A DNA stretch of 64,000 bases from Octopus vulgaris (taxonomy: Eukaryota): positions 85,932,001 through 85,996,000 of the forward strand of contig OX597821.1 of the NCBI GenBank assembly GCA_951406725.2, in the 5' to 3' direction. Of the stretch, positions 11,352 to 24,904 are shown one piece after another. Every line of letters starts with the position of its first letter. The first letter of the stretch is position 1. The notes under the pieces are model-generated. The model did no database searches and was not told the origin of the DNA. It saw nothing but the letters and a program-made list of their open reading frames with translations. The position numbers were made by a program, and so were the translations under genes.

Positions 11352-11574
11352 ACATGCTTTAAAAAATAAACATGTAATGAGCAGGATTATGGGTTAACTG
11401 ATGATTTTGGTAAGCTAACTGTTGAGTACAGATGGGGGAAGGAACAGTACCTTTTGTATTATAGTAAAATGTGGTGCAGTAGACTAATTGCTGCCTGCAT
11501 TGGGGAAAGGACAGTATTCAATGGATTTCAGCAAAGAGTATGATAACTTGTGGAGAAAGACAATATTCACAAAA
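11352..11574. repeat. About 220 bp direct duplication, copy 2
   Basis: Matches 7618-7837. Confidence 0.9.
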
Positions 11575-12268
11575 TCACAGAAAATAGCATTAAAAACTCA
11601 AGTAACCATGAGGGACATATAAAACCAGAAATGTAAGGTACTAAGCTAGAATATCATAAAGTCAGCTAATCAAACTGTCAGGTTATGTTGGTAATTAACA
11701 CTGACAGCAAGGAATCAGAATCACAGAAAATAAGGAGAAAAGGGTCTGTGTAGAATACATGTCCCTCTTGTAGATGGAATGAACAGGGTAAATAAAAGAG
11801 AAACAAGTCACTACCGCATATGAAAATTAGGTTGCTGGAAGCCCAACTTTTGAGTACCTAAATTAGTAAGTAATAGTTTTAGAAAGATGTTGCTATGGTG
11901 ATAGAGCTATATCTGAGTATCGATTGACTAATGAACAGAAAAGTGATTATATGAAGGGAAATTTGAGTAAAGAGGTTAGCAGAAAAGAAAAAAAAATTAG
12001 ATTGTATCTAATGTCAAGATGAATATGTAGTAATCCTCACCACCACCACCACCACTATCATAAACACCTTCACCATCATCACTATCACCAGCATTATCTC
12101 CAACATTATAATCCTCTCTTTTAAAATATCTGAATTTCCAAGCAGGCATCGCTTGATTGGAGAGAGGAACTGTTTATGTAGGAATGCAATAAGAATGTAA
12201 AATAATAATAAAAAAAAAGCCCCTGGTTAAACAGTATTTTTGGTTCTAAAGCTATTGTCTATGGTGGT

Positions 12269-12307
<39 letters not shown>

Positions 12308-12358
12308 CAAAAGATTTATATGTTAGAACAGTAAGTCTCAACAGGATTTTGTTGTTAA

Positions 12359-12532
12359 CCCCTTGTAGATGGATTTAGTACTTGACAGTCTTGGCTATTC
12401 AGTAACTTCACAATTTTTCATACAAGGAATTTTACAGTGTATTTAAAAACACAGTGCCACACAGAGCAAGGCATAGCACTGCTCACACACACCGTTCCAA
12501 TGCAGTCAGTACCGTTTCCCATCTGCAAGGGG
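12359..12532. mobile_element. piggyBac-type MITE (second family)
   Basis: TTAA|CCCCTTGTAGATGG ... CCATCTGCAAGGGG|TTAA. Confidence 0.85.
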
Positions 12533-12604
12533 TTAAACTTAATGCGCAAATATTTCTACAATACACAACAAATTTGAACATTTTTTTTTTAATACCAAAC
12601 CTAA

Positions 12605-12996
12605 TCTATATATATAAAAGTGAGGTTGTGTGCTGTCTGTCTCCTACGATTTAGATTCCTAACTACTCCCACATTTTGCGGTGCAGTTTAACCAAAACCG
12701 GGTATCTTATAGTCGTGATTCATATCTAGCCCTTCTGGGTATTAGCGTGCGTCTACGATGAGTCTACGATTTAAAAAAAAAATTACCATAATTTTTTCCC
12801 ATTTTTAATGCATTTTTGGCATATATAAGGGAAGTAACTCTCTAAAAATTTATTAAATCTCAGAACGTAAAAAGCTACAGTAACACCCCCCTTTGTGGTT
12901 AGCCATATTGAAATGGCTATTATACTTTACATCTCTAAAAATGCTTATATAGTTATTTCCCTTACAAACCCGAGCAACACCGGGCGATACTGCTAG
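12605..12996 (+). mobile_element. Non-autonomous Helitron
   Basis: A|TC start, subterminal hairpin cccg..cggg and CTAG|T end; second copy at 37526-37906. Confidence 0.85.
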
Positions 12997-13257
12997 TATT
13001 TAATAAAAATATAATAGCAAATTTTTTGACATTGAATGGTTATTAGGCTGCCCCCACCTTCTGCCCACCTCAAGTAAAATAGCAATCAAAAAACTCCACA
13101 GGCAAAACAGTAGTTGAGAATACTGCTTTAGAATAATGATGCTTTAAGATAGGTTTTGTTACAGATCCTCAAATTTATAAAGAAAACAGACATAGGAAGT
13201 TGTGACATTAATGCTTTCTCCAACCTCTATATAGTCAATTCAAATTGTCTGAAACAG

Positions 13258-13640
13258 TACTCCTTTACTCTTTAACTTGTTTCAGTCATTTGACTGTGGT
13301 CATGCTGGAGCACCGCCTTTAGTTGAGCAAATCGACCCCGGGACTTATTCTTTGTAAGCCCAGTACTTATTCTATCGGTCTCTTTTGCCGAACCGCTAAG
13401 TAACGGGGACGTAAACACACCAGCATCGGTTGTCAGACACACAAACATATACACACACACATATATACATATATACGACGGGCTTCTTTAGGTTTCCGTC
13501 TACCAAATCCACTCACAAGGCTTTGGTCAGCCCGAGGCTATAGTAGAAGACACTTGCCCAAGGTGGCACGCAGTGGGACTGAACCTGGAACCATGTGGTT
13601 CATAAGCAAGCTACTTACCACACAGCCACTCCTATGCCTG
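13258..13640 (-). mobile_element. Family A SINE
   Basis: Reverse complement of the 741-1158 consensus. Confidence 0.85.
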
Positions 13641-13824
13641 TAGTTAAATTTTCCTTCAAATCATACCTCACAACACTTAACAAAAAAAAAAAAAGGAGAG
13701 AGGGTGAGAATGATCACAACTGGGACACCTTTGACTTTAAATCTGCTGTCAGAGCTGCCCTAGGCTAAACAACAAAAACATCTTGGAAAACAACTTGAAA
13801 CAACAAAATGTGATTGGGAAGATA

Positions 13825-14119
13825 CATCATCATCATCATCATCATCGTTTAACGTCCATCATCATCATTTAGCGTCCGCTTTCCATGCTAGCATGGGTTG
13901 GACGGGTCAACTGGGGTCTGTGAAGCTGGAAGGCTTCGTCAGGCCCAGTCAGATCTGGCAGTGTTTCTACGGCTGGATGCCCTTCCTAACGCCAACCACT
14001 CCGTGAGTGTAGTGGGTGCTTTTTACGTGCCACCTGCACAGGTGCCAGATGGAGCTGGCAAACGGCCAAGGACGGATGGTGCTTTTTACGTGCCACCGGC
14101 ACGGGGGCCAGGCAAGGCT
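13825..14119 (-). mobile_element. RTE-tail repeat (family B)
   Basis: (CAT)n then cgtttagcgtccgctttccatgctagcatggg; duplicated tail. Confidence 0.85.
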
Positions 14120-14367
14120 ATATTAAAAAGTACACTACTGGTGCTACTACTATTGAAATAATGTTTACAGATAAAATAGAATTATTCAACTGATCGATTT
14201 TAATTTTGTTAGGCTCATGGCCTCAAATATACTAGGAAGAAAGTATAATTCTGTGAGATGGTCATGTCTTTCTTCAAGGTATTTGCAGTTTAAGTGGATG
14301 AGTTTTTAAAATCAAGAATTTAAACTAACTCAGAGACATAACTTGCAGTGGAGAATTTCCCTTTTAA

Positions 14368-14754
14368 TACTCTTTACTTGTTTCAGTCATTTGACTGCGG
14401 CCATGCTGGAGCACTGCCTTTAGTCGAGCAAATCGACCCCGGGACTTATTCTTTGGTAACCCCAGTACTTATTCTATCGGTCTCTTTTGCCGAACCGCTA
14501 AGTTACGGGGACATAAACACACCAGCATCGGTCGTCAAGCAATGCTAGGGCGACACATACAAACACACACACACATATATATATATACACGACAGGCTTC
14601 TTTCAGTTTCCGTCTACCAAATCCACTCACAAGGCATTGGTCGGCCCGGGGCTATAGTAGAAGACACTTGCCCAAGATGCCACGCAGTGGGACTGAACCC
14701 AGAACCATGTGGTTGGTTAGCAAGCTACTTACCACACAGCCACTCCTGCGCCTA
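14368..14754 (-). mobile_element. Family A SINE
   Basis: Full-length match to the family. Confidence 0.85.
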
Positions 14755-15369
14755 TGTTCATTGTTTCTTTAATAACCTTAATTAGTGTCAATATATTGTA
14801 GAAAGGCTTTGGTTAGGGTAAGTCTGACACAGTGTGACAGATGACTTAGATTCAACTCCCAGCCATTCATGATTGTCACACAACACCATTTCCTTTCCCC
14901 CGTCTTATTCATTTTAAAATGTTCATTAAAAGCAATGGTAATTAACTCATTTTACAGGTATATAATCTTACATGTACAGGGAGAGGAGACTGGGGATTTG
15001 AAACATTGATTTCTGTTGTAGGTTAGTAGAGAGTAGGGGAAAGAAACATGGGTAGGTAAGGAAATTTCCTGTGGAAGTTCAAAGCAGTTCATGGGAAGGT
15101 TCAGTGATTATGGAGCTGGTGAATGTAACAGGTGAAGAAGGAGGAGACAAGACAAGTACTCTGCAAAAAAGTGGAGACAGTTTGCATACAATCAATCAAT
15201 CAATCAATCAATCAACATGTTCAGAGACGAAAAGAGTATTGCAATGAAAATAGTTGTATTTAAACACAGGTCAGCCCTGATCCAATGCACCTATGATAAG
15301 AGTTCCATGACCATTCAATCTTATTTTCAGATATGATGCATTGAATACTATATATAGAAAAAAAAACAC

Positions 15370-15602
15370 GATTTTCCGTGACCGTTGCCAGTACCGCCTG
15401 ATCGGCCCTCGTGCCAGTGGCACGTAAAAGCACCCACTACACTCTCAGAGTGGTTGGCGTTAGGAAGGGCATCCAACTGTAGAAACTCTGCCAAATCAAG
15501 ATTGGAGCCTGGTGCAGCCATCTGGTTCACCAGTCCTCAGTCAAATTGTCCAACCCAAGCTAGCATGGAAAGCGGATATTAAACGATGATGATGATGATG
15601 AT
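15370..15602 (+). mobile_element. RTE-tail repeat (family B)
   Basis: gtggcacgtaaaagcaccc... and (GAT)n tail; a further fragment at 15810-15962. Confidence 0.8.
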
Positions 15603-15748
15603 TATATATATATATATATATTATATTAAATTAGAGACAAAACCACTATTATGCAAATCAAACAAAGAAAGACTTAAGCCAATACATAAAATAATTTATA
15701 TAAATTAAATTTAATTAAAATAACCACAATAAATTAAATAAATTAATA

Positions 15749-15798
<50 letters not shown>

Positions 15799-16472
15799 GC
15801 CAACTCTACATGGTGGTTGATGTTAGGAAGGGCATCCAGTTGCAAAAACCCTGCCAAAACAGTCACAGAAGTCTGGTGCAGGCTTCTGCCTGGCTGGCTC
15901 CTGTCAAACCAACCAACCCATACCAGCATGGAAGGAGGACATTAAATAATGATGATGATGATATATCAATGTGCAGTGGTTTTAAGATGGTAGGGTGTGG
16001 TTTGCAGGGACATTTATTTGATATTTCTAGTAGGTTGGTGGTTATTAGAATGGTTAATGATAGTTTTGTCAATACAAGCTGTGACAGCACAAAATTTCAG
16101 AAGAGAGAGAGAGAGAGCAAATAGTGAGTGAGAGAGAGAGAGAGAGAGAGAGAATGTGTATGTGTGTATGTGTGTGATAAAATAAATAATTGGTGAGACT
16201 AACACAAGAAACTGTTGGTGTGCAAGCTCTAGTGTGAAACACTAACAATACAAATTACTGCACTATTATTGCCAGAGCTGCTAATATGGGTAAATTCTTT
16301 AAGCTGCATTGATTAAGCAAGACACAATTCCAAGACAATAGAATTACAAGTTCAATTATTAAGCACTTCCTCAATGAAGCCGTTGCTATTGTTTTAAAGA
16401 ATAAGATATTTTATTAATCTATACAAGTAAGATTATAGGAGTTTTACTTGTGTATATGTGTGATAATGTTGC

Positions 16473-16517
<45 letters not shown>

Positions 16518-17500
16518 AGACTAAGCTGTCAAGTGAAATCTATTTTTTATTTTTTATAAACATAATCAATATGGACGTATTGATTATATTCAGTTTATGT
16601 CTAAGCAGTCTATGAAAGAGATTGAAAAAATGATAAGTCTGAAAGAAAACTTTATAAATCATTATTACACCCTCTCAGCTATTACAGCTAATGTGTCGGC
16701 TTCCCCGCCTCCTCTTCCTGCTCTTTATCTCTCACTTCAACCCCTCATCGAAACCTCCCTCTCCCTCTACATCCATCTGTTGAAATATTTCCCACTGATA
16801 AGAAAAGACTCTCTCCTACATTTTGACCATCAGTTACATAGTTTCTATGGTTGTTGTTGTTGTTAAACCCAAGGTCAGTAAATCTAGCAAAATTATGATC
16901 AGAGGCATTCCAGCCATGACTACCCAGTTCTTTTGTTTATTCTAAGATTATATTATCCAATTGCCCTTCCATTTTTAAGTTAGGTATTGTGATATGAAGG
17001 AAGGCTCCTCCATTGGTTCATAATGTAGGATATAACTTAGCCAGTAGTGTCTATAGTTGTGTACAGAGGTAGTTTAATGTTTGGTGTCTATGTCAGTGAA
17101 CAGATATAGTTTTGTGGGGAGTGTCTGTGGTTGAATAGGGAGGTAATTATGTAGTGTCTAAAGCAGATCATCATCATCATTTAATGTCTGTTTTCCATGC
17201 TGGCATGAGTTGGACAGTTGGACAGAAGCTGAAGGGCTGTTCAGGCTCCAATGTTTGCTTTGGCATGATTTCTACAGCTGGATGCCCTTCCTAAAGCCAA
17301 CTACTTAAATGCACTGGGTACTTTAATGCAGCACCAGAACAGGTGATTTTTATGTGGCATCAGCACTTATAAGCCCGCAAAATTAGGAATGCTTTGCTGG
17401 AGAGGGTTGCAAGGGACAAGTCTGAACACAAGGGTAGAAAATTTAGATAGCTGTAGTGTGTATACTAGTGTAGATAGGTATATAGTCTCTGGGAGTTTAA

Positions 17501-17706
17501 CCCTTTAGCATTTAAACCAGCCATATCAGGTCCAAATATTCTCCCTGTTTTATGTCCAAAAGGGCCATGCGTGACCTTTCACACCTACCTTACAATGTCA
17601 TTCTAAAAAAATAAATTATCAAATTTTTGAAATCTCAAAGCTGATGAGTTCAAAACTGTGAATAAATGAACATTGAATTTGACGGAATAGTCTGAATGCT
17701 AAAGGT
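17501..17706. mobile_element. piggyBac-type MITE (third family)
   Basis: TTAA|CCCTTTAGCATT ... AATGCTAAAGGT|TTAA; partial relatives near 6745-6940 and 62110-62260. Confidence 0.75.
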
Positions 17707-18669
17707 TTAAGAATGTAATGTCCAGCCACTCATGAATGCTACTGGTAGAATGTAACTTAGTACCATCTGCTGCATGGTTGGGTTGTCAGTGACTAAACCA
17801 GCAACCCCATCAAGCCAGAGGAAGGCGATCAATGGACACCTTGGGAGATGAAAGACAAAACCTGTTCTTGTCCAGCAATAATACTTCCACATCTTCCAAT
17901 ACTACACCCCATTCAATTGAGGGGCCTTGTCTTGTGAGTACTTGATGACTTCACTAGTGCTAGTGCCATGAAAAAAAGCATCCAGTACACACTGTAAAGT
18001 GGTTGGTATTTAGGAAGGGCATCTAGCTGTAGAAATCCTGCTGGATTTGAATCTCTCCATATTCAACTTCATAGTCCACCATCTGTAATACTCTACCTCT
18101 CTCTTGGTAATGAGGTACAGTCTTAGAGCAACTGATATCAGACACACCACTCTATCACACTATTACTCTCTGTCTTCCAGATCACTCATTACCGACATTC
18201 ATCACTTTTGGACACTCCCTCCTACCAACACCTTAACTCCATGACTAACCAATGCTTACCCTATCTTACCATCTAACATTACTTGCCTGTATTGCAAATC
18301 CTCATTCTCTCTCCTCCAGGTCATCCATCACCCTCTTTTACTACTGACTATTTTTATGACTATCACTTGATCTCTCTCCTACTAGCAAACATGTAACTGT
18401 TATTACTCTCTCCTTCCCTTTATTGCCATTACTGTGACCCCTTGAATTACAATAGCCTAGCATCTGACAGATAGGCCATCACACCAGTTTCTATCTACCC
18501 CAGTTCATTCACAAGGCTTTGCTCAACTTATAACCATGGTAGAAGACACTTACCCAGAGCACTGCAGAGTGGGATCTAATTTAACACCTCTGGATTTCAG
18601 AAGTAAACTTCTTAACTATTTATCTATGTCAGTGTGTGTGTGTATGTACATCTTAAAACTAAAATGATG

Positions 18670-19063
18670 CTTTTACTTGTTTCAGTCGTTTGACTGCGGC
18701 CATGCTGGAGCACCGACTTTAGTCAAGCAAATCGACCACGGGACTTATTCTTTGTAAGCCCAGTACGTTTTCTATCGGTCTCTTTTGACGAACCGCTAAG
18801 TTACGGGGGACGTAAACACACCAGCATCGGTCATCAAGCAATGATAGGGGGACAAACACAGACACACAAACATATACACACACACATATATATATATATA
18901 TACGACAGGCTTCTTTCAGTTTCCATCTACCAAATCCACTCACAAGGCATTGGTCGACCCGGGGCTATAGCAGAAGACACTTGCCCAAGATGCCACGCAG
19001 TGGGACTGAACCCGGAACCATGTGGTTGGTTAGCAAGCTACTTACCACACAGCCACTCCTGCG
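18670..19063 (-). mobile_element. Family A SINE
   Basis: Full-length match to the family. Confidence 0.85.
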
Positions 19064-19159
19064 CAGATACAAATATTTGATAGTGAATCAGAAGGATCTA
19101 GCAACAAGCTATCAACACATGGAATCAGTATTCAATCTGTCTTCAAATGTTTTTACATA

Positions 19160-19195
<36 letters not shown>

Positions 19196-19818
19196 ACGCG
19201 TGCGCATGCACGAGTGCATGCATGCAAAATCTATTTTTCCTATTTCTTCAGTTCTGGTTGTGTAAGATGACGTTTTTGCTATTTAACAAAATACTCAAAC
19301 TAAACTTCAACAACACAGACATACTGTCTTCCGTCTTTCACCTAAGCCAGGTAAAACTAAACACTACAATAACAGCTTACCTATGAGTAACTCGAGTTAG
19401 AAACTAGATTACTCTCAGCTCAAGTGTAAAGACAGAAAGAAAGAATAACAGAAATCCTTCCACGGTTGCTGACATCATGTGATATGTAACAAAATGCAAA
19501 AACTGAGATCAGAAACTGACATTTTGATAATTAGAGCAGAAACAGTCTCCCTCACCTCTGACGTATTCTGACTAGCAAATTGTATTCAACGAAAAGTTTG
19601 TGTTTTAATAAAAAAATTTTTTCATCACATTTGGTTGTCGACAACAGGTTTCCAATTATTAATCTCTTGAATTTCTGACACAACAAAAGCAAGAGAGTAT
19701 CTGAGCAACTTGGGCAAAACAAATATTGTGTGATGTATTAATGTTTGGAAGCATTTTCAGGGGTTGTTTTTTTTGCTTTTCACTTTCCTGGTCTTCACAT
19801 TTTGTAAATTCATAAAAG

Positions 19819-19908
19819 ATATACACCTATATACATATACATATATACACATGCATACATATACACATGTATATACATATACACATGTATACACATATAC
19901 ATATATAC

Positions 19909-19941
<33 letters not shown>

Positions 19942-20838
19942 CATACATATACATACATACATATATATACACATACATATACAGACATACATATATATAC
20001 ACATACATACATACATACATATATATACACATACATACATATATATAAACACACACATACATACATATATATACACACACACATACATATATACACACAC
20101 ACACACATACATATATACACATACATACATACATATATACACATACATACATATATATATACACATACATACATATATATATACACATACATACATACAT
20201 ATATACACATACATACATACATATATATATACACATACATACATACATACATATATATATACACATACATACATACATACATATATATATACACATACAT
20301 ACATACATACATATATATATACACATACATACATACATACATATATATATACACATACATACATACATACATATATATATACACATACATACATACATAC
20401 ATATATATATACACATACATACATATATATATACACATACATACATACATATATATATATATATACACATACATACATACATATATATATATATACACAT
20501 ACATACATACATATATATATACACATACATACATATATACACATACATACATACATATATATATATACACATACATACATACATACACATACATACATAC
20601 ATACATATATATATACACATACATACATACATATATATATACATATACATACATACATACATATATATATACACATACATACATATATACACATACATAC
20701 ATACATATACATACATACATATATACACATACATACATATATATATATACATACATACACACACACACATATATATATACACATACATACACACACATAC
20801 ACAAACACACATATATATATACACATACATACACACAC

Positions 20839-20884
<46 letters not shown>

Positions 20885-20925
20885 TATATATCTATATATA
20901 TATATATACACACACACGCATATAT
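19819..20925. repeat. 1.1 kb compound (TA)/(CA)/(TACA) microsatellite
   Basis: Almost pure purine-pyrimidine alternation; source of the 350-374 aa spurious ORFs. Confidence 0.97.
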
Positions 20926-20926
20926 A

Positions 20927-21235
20927 TGGCTCCCGTGTCAGTGGCACGTAAAAAGCACCTTCCGAACATGGTCAATGCCAGTGGCCCCTGACTGGCTCCA
21001 GTGCCGGTGGAATGAAAAAGCACTATCAGAAGGTGATCAATGCCAGGGCCGCATGACTAGCACCTGTGCTGGTGACACGTAAAAAGCACCCATTATACTC
21101 TTGGACCGATTGGCATTAGGAAGGGTATCCAGTTGTAGAAACCTTGCCAGATCAGATTGGAGCCTGATGCAGCTGCTGGCTCTCCAGTCAAACCATCCAA
21201 CCCATGCCAGCATGGAAAACAGACATTAAATGATG
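20927..21235 (+). mobile_element. RTE-tail repeat (family B)
   Basis: Three gtggcacgtaaaaagcac units followed by the conserved tail. Confidence 0.8.
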
Positions 21236-21454
21236 ACACACATACACAACACATGTATATCCTTAAAAATGTTTTAGCCGAAGGCCGCGGCCTTCAGGCT
21301 AAAACATTTGTACATGTATGTACATACACACACACATATGTACATATATACACATACAAATACACACAAACACATAAGTGTATATATATATACGACATGA
21401 TAGATCGTTAGTTACTACACACATTTTTTTCTCTCCTTGTTTCTTTTCTGTGTA

Positions 21455-21492
21455 TCTTTCTGTCGAAGAGCGTAGGCTCGAAACGTAAAAGA
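21455..21492 (+). ncRNA. Minimal type I hammerhead motif (A6U, extra A) inside a roughly 200 bp insert between TA tracts (about 21391-21590)
   Basis: TCTTT-CTGTCGA-A-GAGC(gtag)GCTC-GAAA-C-GTA-AAAGA; helix III is the ACGT palindrome. Confidence 0.6.
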
Positions 21493-21586
21493 CTTTTTCT
21501 ATTTCTGTTCCTGAGCGCTATACTAATACATTTATTTGTTTGTACTCCACCTGCTTTCGTCTTTTGTTTATTTTCGTAAACTTTCC

Positions 21587-21637
<51 letters not shown>

Positions 21638-22439
21638 TACATATATATCACAACTGCATGCTTTCAGATACATTCCAATACATGGCACAATGGGCAAGTG
21701 TTTTCTACATTGGCTCCAGGCTGGTCAATGTCTTGTAAGTAAAATTAGGAGACAGAATTCCTACTGAAGCCCATCATGTACACGCACGTACACACACACA
21801 CACTGTTAGGCAGGTAAATAGATTGTTGAACTAGTGAATGTGCTTACTAAGTCTTAAAGAGGGAGTATATTCTATTAGTAGGCTAAATATTTTATTAGAA
21901 GCCTAAGTTTTTTGTAACTGAGTTTCATGTTGATTATTCAAATGATTGGGAGACGAAAGTAGTGTGACAATATATAAGCAAAAAATATTTGTAAATGCAT
22001 TGAAATATGATTAATCATCACAATTCAATTGGTTGCTGGAAAACTGTTAGAAAATGCATCAAACATCTGTCTATTCATATGTCAAAACATGATATTTTCA
22101 TAGATTCAGTATCGTAGAAGACAATGAAAGCAAGGAATGCTGCAACAGGTATGAATTTAGAATACATACCTTTATTGTTTATTGCATGTATAATACGTAA
22201 TACTAAAGACATGAAAATATCATATGTATTTGCATGTGAATAGATGAATAGTTTACATATTCTATAGATGACATTTGAAAATTGAATACGTGGCATTTTT
22301 TTTAGGAGATTTTCATCAATCAGTCAAATCTCAACAATCAATCATATGTCAATGTGTTATATTTGGTTATGTTTTTATTTTTTTTTTTTACAGTCACACT
22401 GCTTCAAATGAATAACCAGCAATGTGAAACTTAAAGATG

Positions 22440-23300
22440 TGAGGGGGTACCCAAAAGTAACCAGAAACGCTCTCTGTGGGACAAACCTATGGGAGTTCAG
22501 GCTTCTGCTGCTAGAACTCACTTGATGCAACCCTCAGGTACCAGTCTACTAACTGGCACTGTCAGGTGAAGTCACACTGCCACGTGGTGCATCTTTCTTT
22601 TGCAGTGCTTCTCCCTTGTTTGTTGATTTTTACAATGGCTGACACGAAGGAACAGCATGCTTCCATGAAATTCTGTTTTCTGCTGGGGAAAACAGCATCC
22701 AAAACAGTTGTCATACTTCAAACAGCTTACAAAGACACAGCCATGAGCAAAAACACAAGTTTACATACAAGTGGTTTTCATGCTTTAGGAATGGTCACTT
22801 ATTGCTCATTCACAATGACCATCAATCTGCCAAATGAATGAAAACATCATGAAAATTCTGGAACTGATTTTGGAGGACTGTCACCAAACAATTGAGAAGC
22901 TTGTTGATATGACTGGTGTGTCCTAGGGTTCCTGCCAATGTATTTTGTGTGAAAACTTGCAAATGTAAAGAGTTGCAGCAAAATTTATGTCTCTCTTGCT
23001 CATGGAAGATCAAAAACAGTCGTGACTGAATGCGTGTCATGAACTGAAAGAACGGCAGGAAGTTGATCCAGACCTTTATTCAATGATCATCACTGGTGAT
23101 GAAAGCTGGTGCTATGGAATTTGTAGATGTGGAAGAGGTGAAGAAAAAAAATGATGGAGGCGTTAAAAGGCATCACTTCACAAGAGTTCCAGCATTGCTT
23201 TAAGAAGTGGAAAACGCACCTGGACTAATGCATTGCTTCAAATGGGGAATACTTTGAAGATGATAAAAGTGTAAACATGTAAAACTAAGTGAATAAAATA
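22440..23300 (+). mobile_element. Internally deleted mariner transposon fossil
   Basis: MADTKEQHASMKFCFLLGKTAS (mariner N-terminal HTH) from 22635, IITGDESWCYG (first catalytic D) near 23090, then a jump to C-terminal CIASNGEYFE; frameshifts and stops. Confidence 0.88.
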
Positions 23301-23736
23301 ATAATAATAATAATAACTGTTTCTAATTTAGGCACAAGGCCTGCAATTTTGAGAGGAGGGGACTAGACAATACTATCAATCCCAATACTTGAGTGATACT
23401 TTATCCTATCAATCCCAAGTTGGCTCAGGGAGGATATGAACTCAGAATGTAGGGAACTGGGACAAATACCGCCCGACATTTTTTCAACTGTCCTAACAAT
23501 TCTGCCAGCTCCACTGTTTCTAATCTCAGTCACAAGGCCAGTCATTTTTAAAAAGAGGAGCTTAATCAATATTACAGACCTTAGAACTTGACTGGTACTT
23601 TATCTTATTGACTCCAGAGAGATGAACAGAAGAGTTAACCACGACAGGATTTGAAATCAGACTGTAAAAGGCTGGAACATATACTGCAAGGCAGGCTGTC
23701 TGATGCTCTAAAAGTTCTGCAAATCCACCACCTTAA

Positions 23737-23958
23737 CCCTTTTGTTACCAACCCGGCTGAAACCGGCTCTGGCTCTTTAGTACAAATGTCTGGTTTTCAA
23801 AATTTCTGAATTAAAATCATCCACCAAACCTTAGTCACAATTTATGTCCCTAACACTAGCTGAATGATAACTAAGTTATTTTACTTAATTCTTTGTTATA
23901 ATCAAAATTAATTGAAAGAAACACAGAGCATCTCAAAATAAATACAGTAACGAAAGGG
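23737..23958 (+). mobile_element. piggyBac-type MITE
   Basis: TTAA|CCCTTTTGTTAC ... GTAACGAAAGGG|TTAA. Confidence 0.88.
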
Positions 23959-24329
23959 TTAATGATGATAATTATGTATGAACACATCAGTAGCAGCAGC
24001 AGCAGCTGTGTTTGACTAGTACAAAAAAAAGTACTCAAGTGGAGATATTCAAACTCATTAAAACAAGAAGTAGTAGTTGTATTTTCTCATTGAGAATGGT
24101 TTGTATGTAAAGGACTTCAGACAATACATACTAAGCTGTCCTGCTTACAGTAACATATTGCTTTATTTGCAAACTACACTTAGTATGAAACTTGCATAAA
24201 TAAAGACTGGCTTGAATTTCGTAACATTATATCCAGACATACACATGTGCATACTTGTGTGAGCGCATATTATGTTCTGGCTTTCTTTTTCAAATTTTCC
24301 ACCAATAGAGAGAAAAAAAGCTGTGATGG

Positions 24330-24670
24330 ACATTGTTGCAGGGGCCTGGAGGAATAGGTTCAGACAGGATGTATTTACATATTTAATGCATTAGATTCTA
24401 GCCACTAGCTTTTCACTGTGTGAATAGCTTTCCTTGTGAAATATCAGTTCTGTTTCTGCTAGTGCCAACAAGCTTTGTTAAATTTCTATCTCCATTGTGA
24501 GGTTGCAAGTAAAGGTTGATGAAATACTCACTGCAACTCTCAGGAGAAGGAAATTTCTTTTTAACCAATAACTGTTGAAGAAGTCACTTCCTGGTGCTTT
24601 TCTAGTCTCAAGTTTTTGAATCACAGTGTCAAGAGTATCATCAATGATGTTGTATTGAACAGAGAGTACA
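24330..24670 (-). mobile_element. Degenerate non-LTR RT fragment (domain 0-1)
   Basis: IQKLETRKAPGSDFFNSYWLK resembles KAPGPDG...WLK; downstream TSCLNLF resembles the RPIxCLN motif. Confidence 0.5.
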
Positions 24671-24904
24671 TTTTTCATGTATATGCATTTGTGCATGAAT
24701 GTATGTACACCACACACACACATTCACAGGTATAGCTGTGTAGTTAAGAAGTTTGCTTCCCAACCATATGATTATGGGTTCAGTCTCACAGTGTGGCACC
24801 TTGGGCAAGTGTTTCCTACTATAGCTTTGAATCAACCAAAGCCTTGTGAGGATATTTTGGAGCCAGGAACTTAAAGAAATCTGTTGTGTGTATGTGTATT
24901 TATT

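Larger units (their letters stand above)
12329..13125. mobile_element. hAT-type MITE hosting two nested insertions
   Basis: CAGTAAGTCTCAAC / GTTGAGAATACTG termini; flanks TGTTAGAA and CTTTAGAA (6/8 match, candidate TSD). Confidence 0.55.

Noticed and set aside
19757-20991. ORFs of 351-374 aa rich in Y/I/H/T or M/Y/V/C (also 33476-33707 and 63413-63971)
   Set aside because: Translations of TA/CA microsatellites, which lack stop codons by composition.
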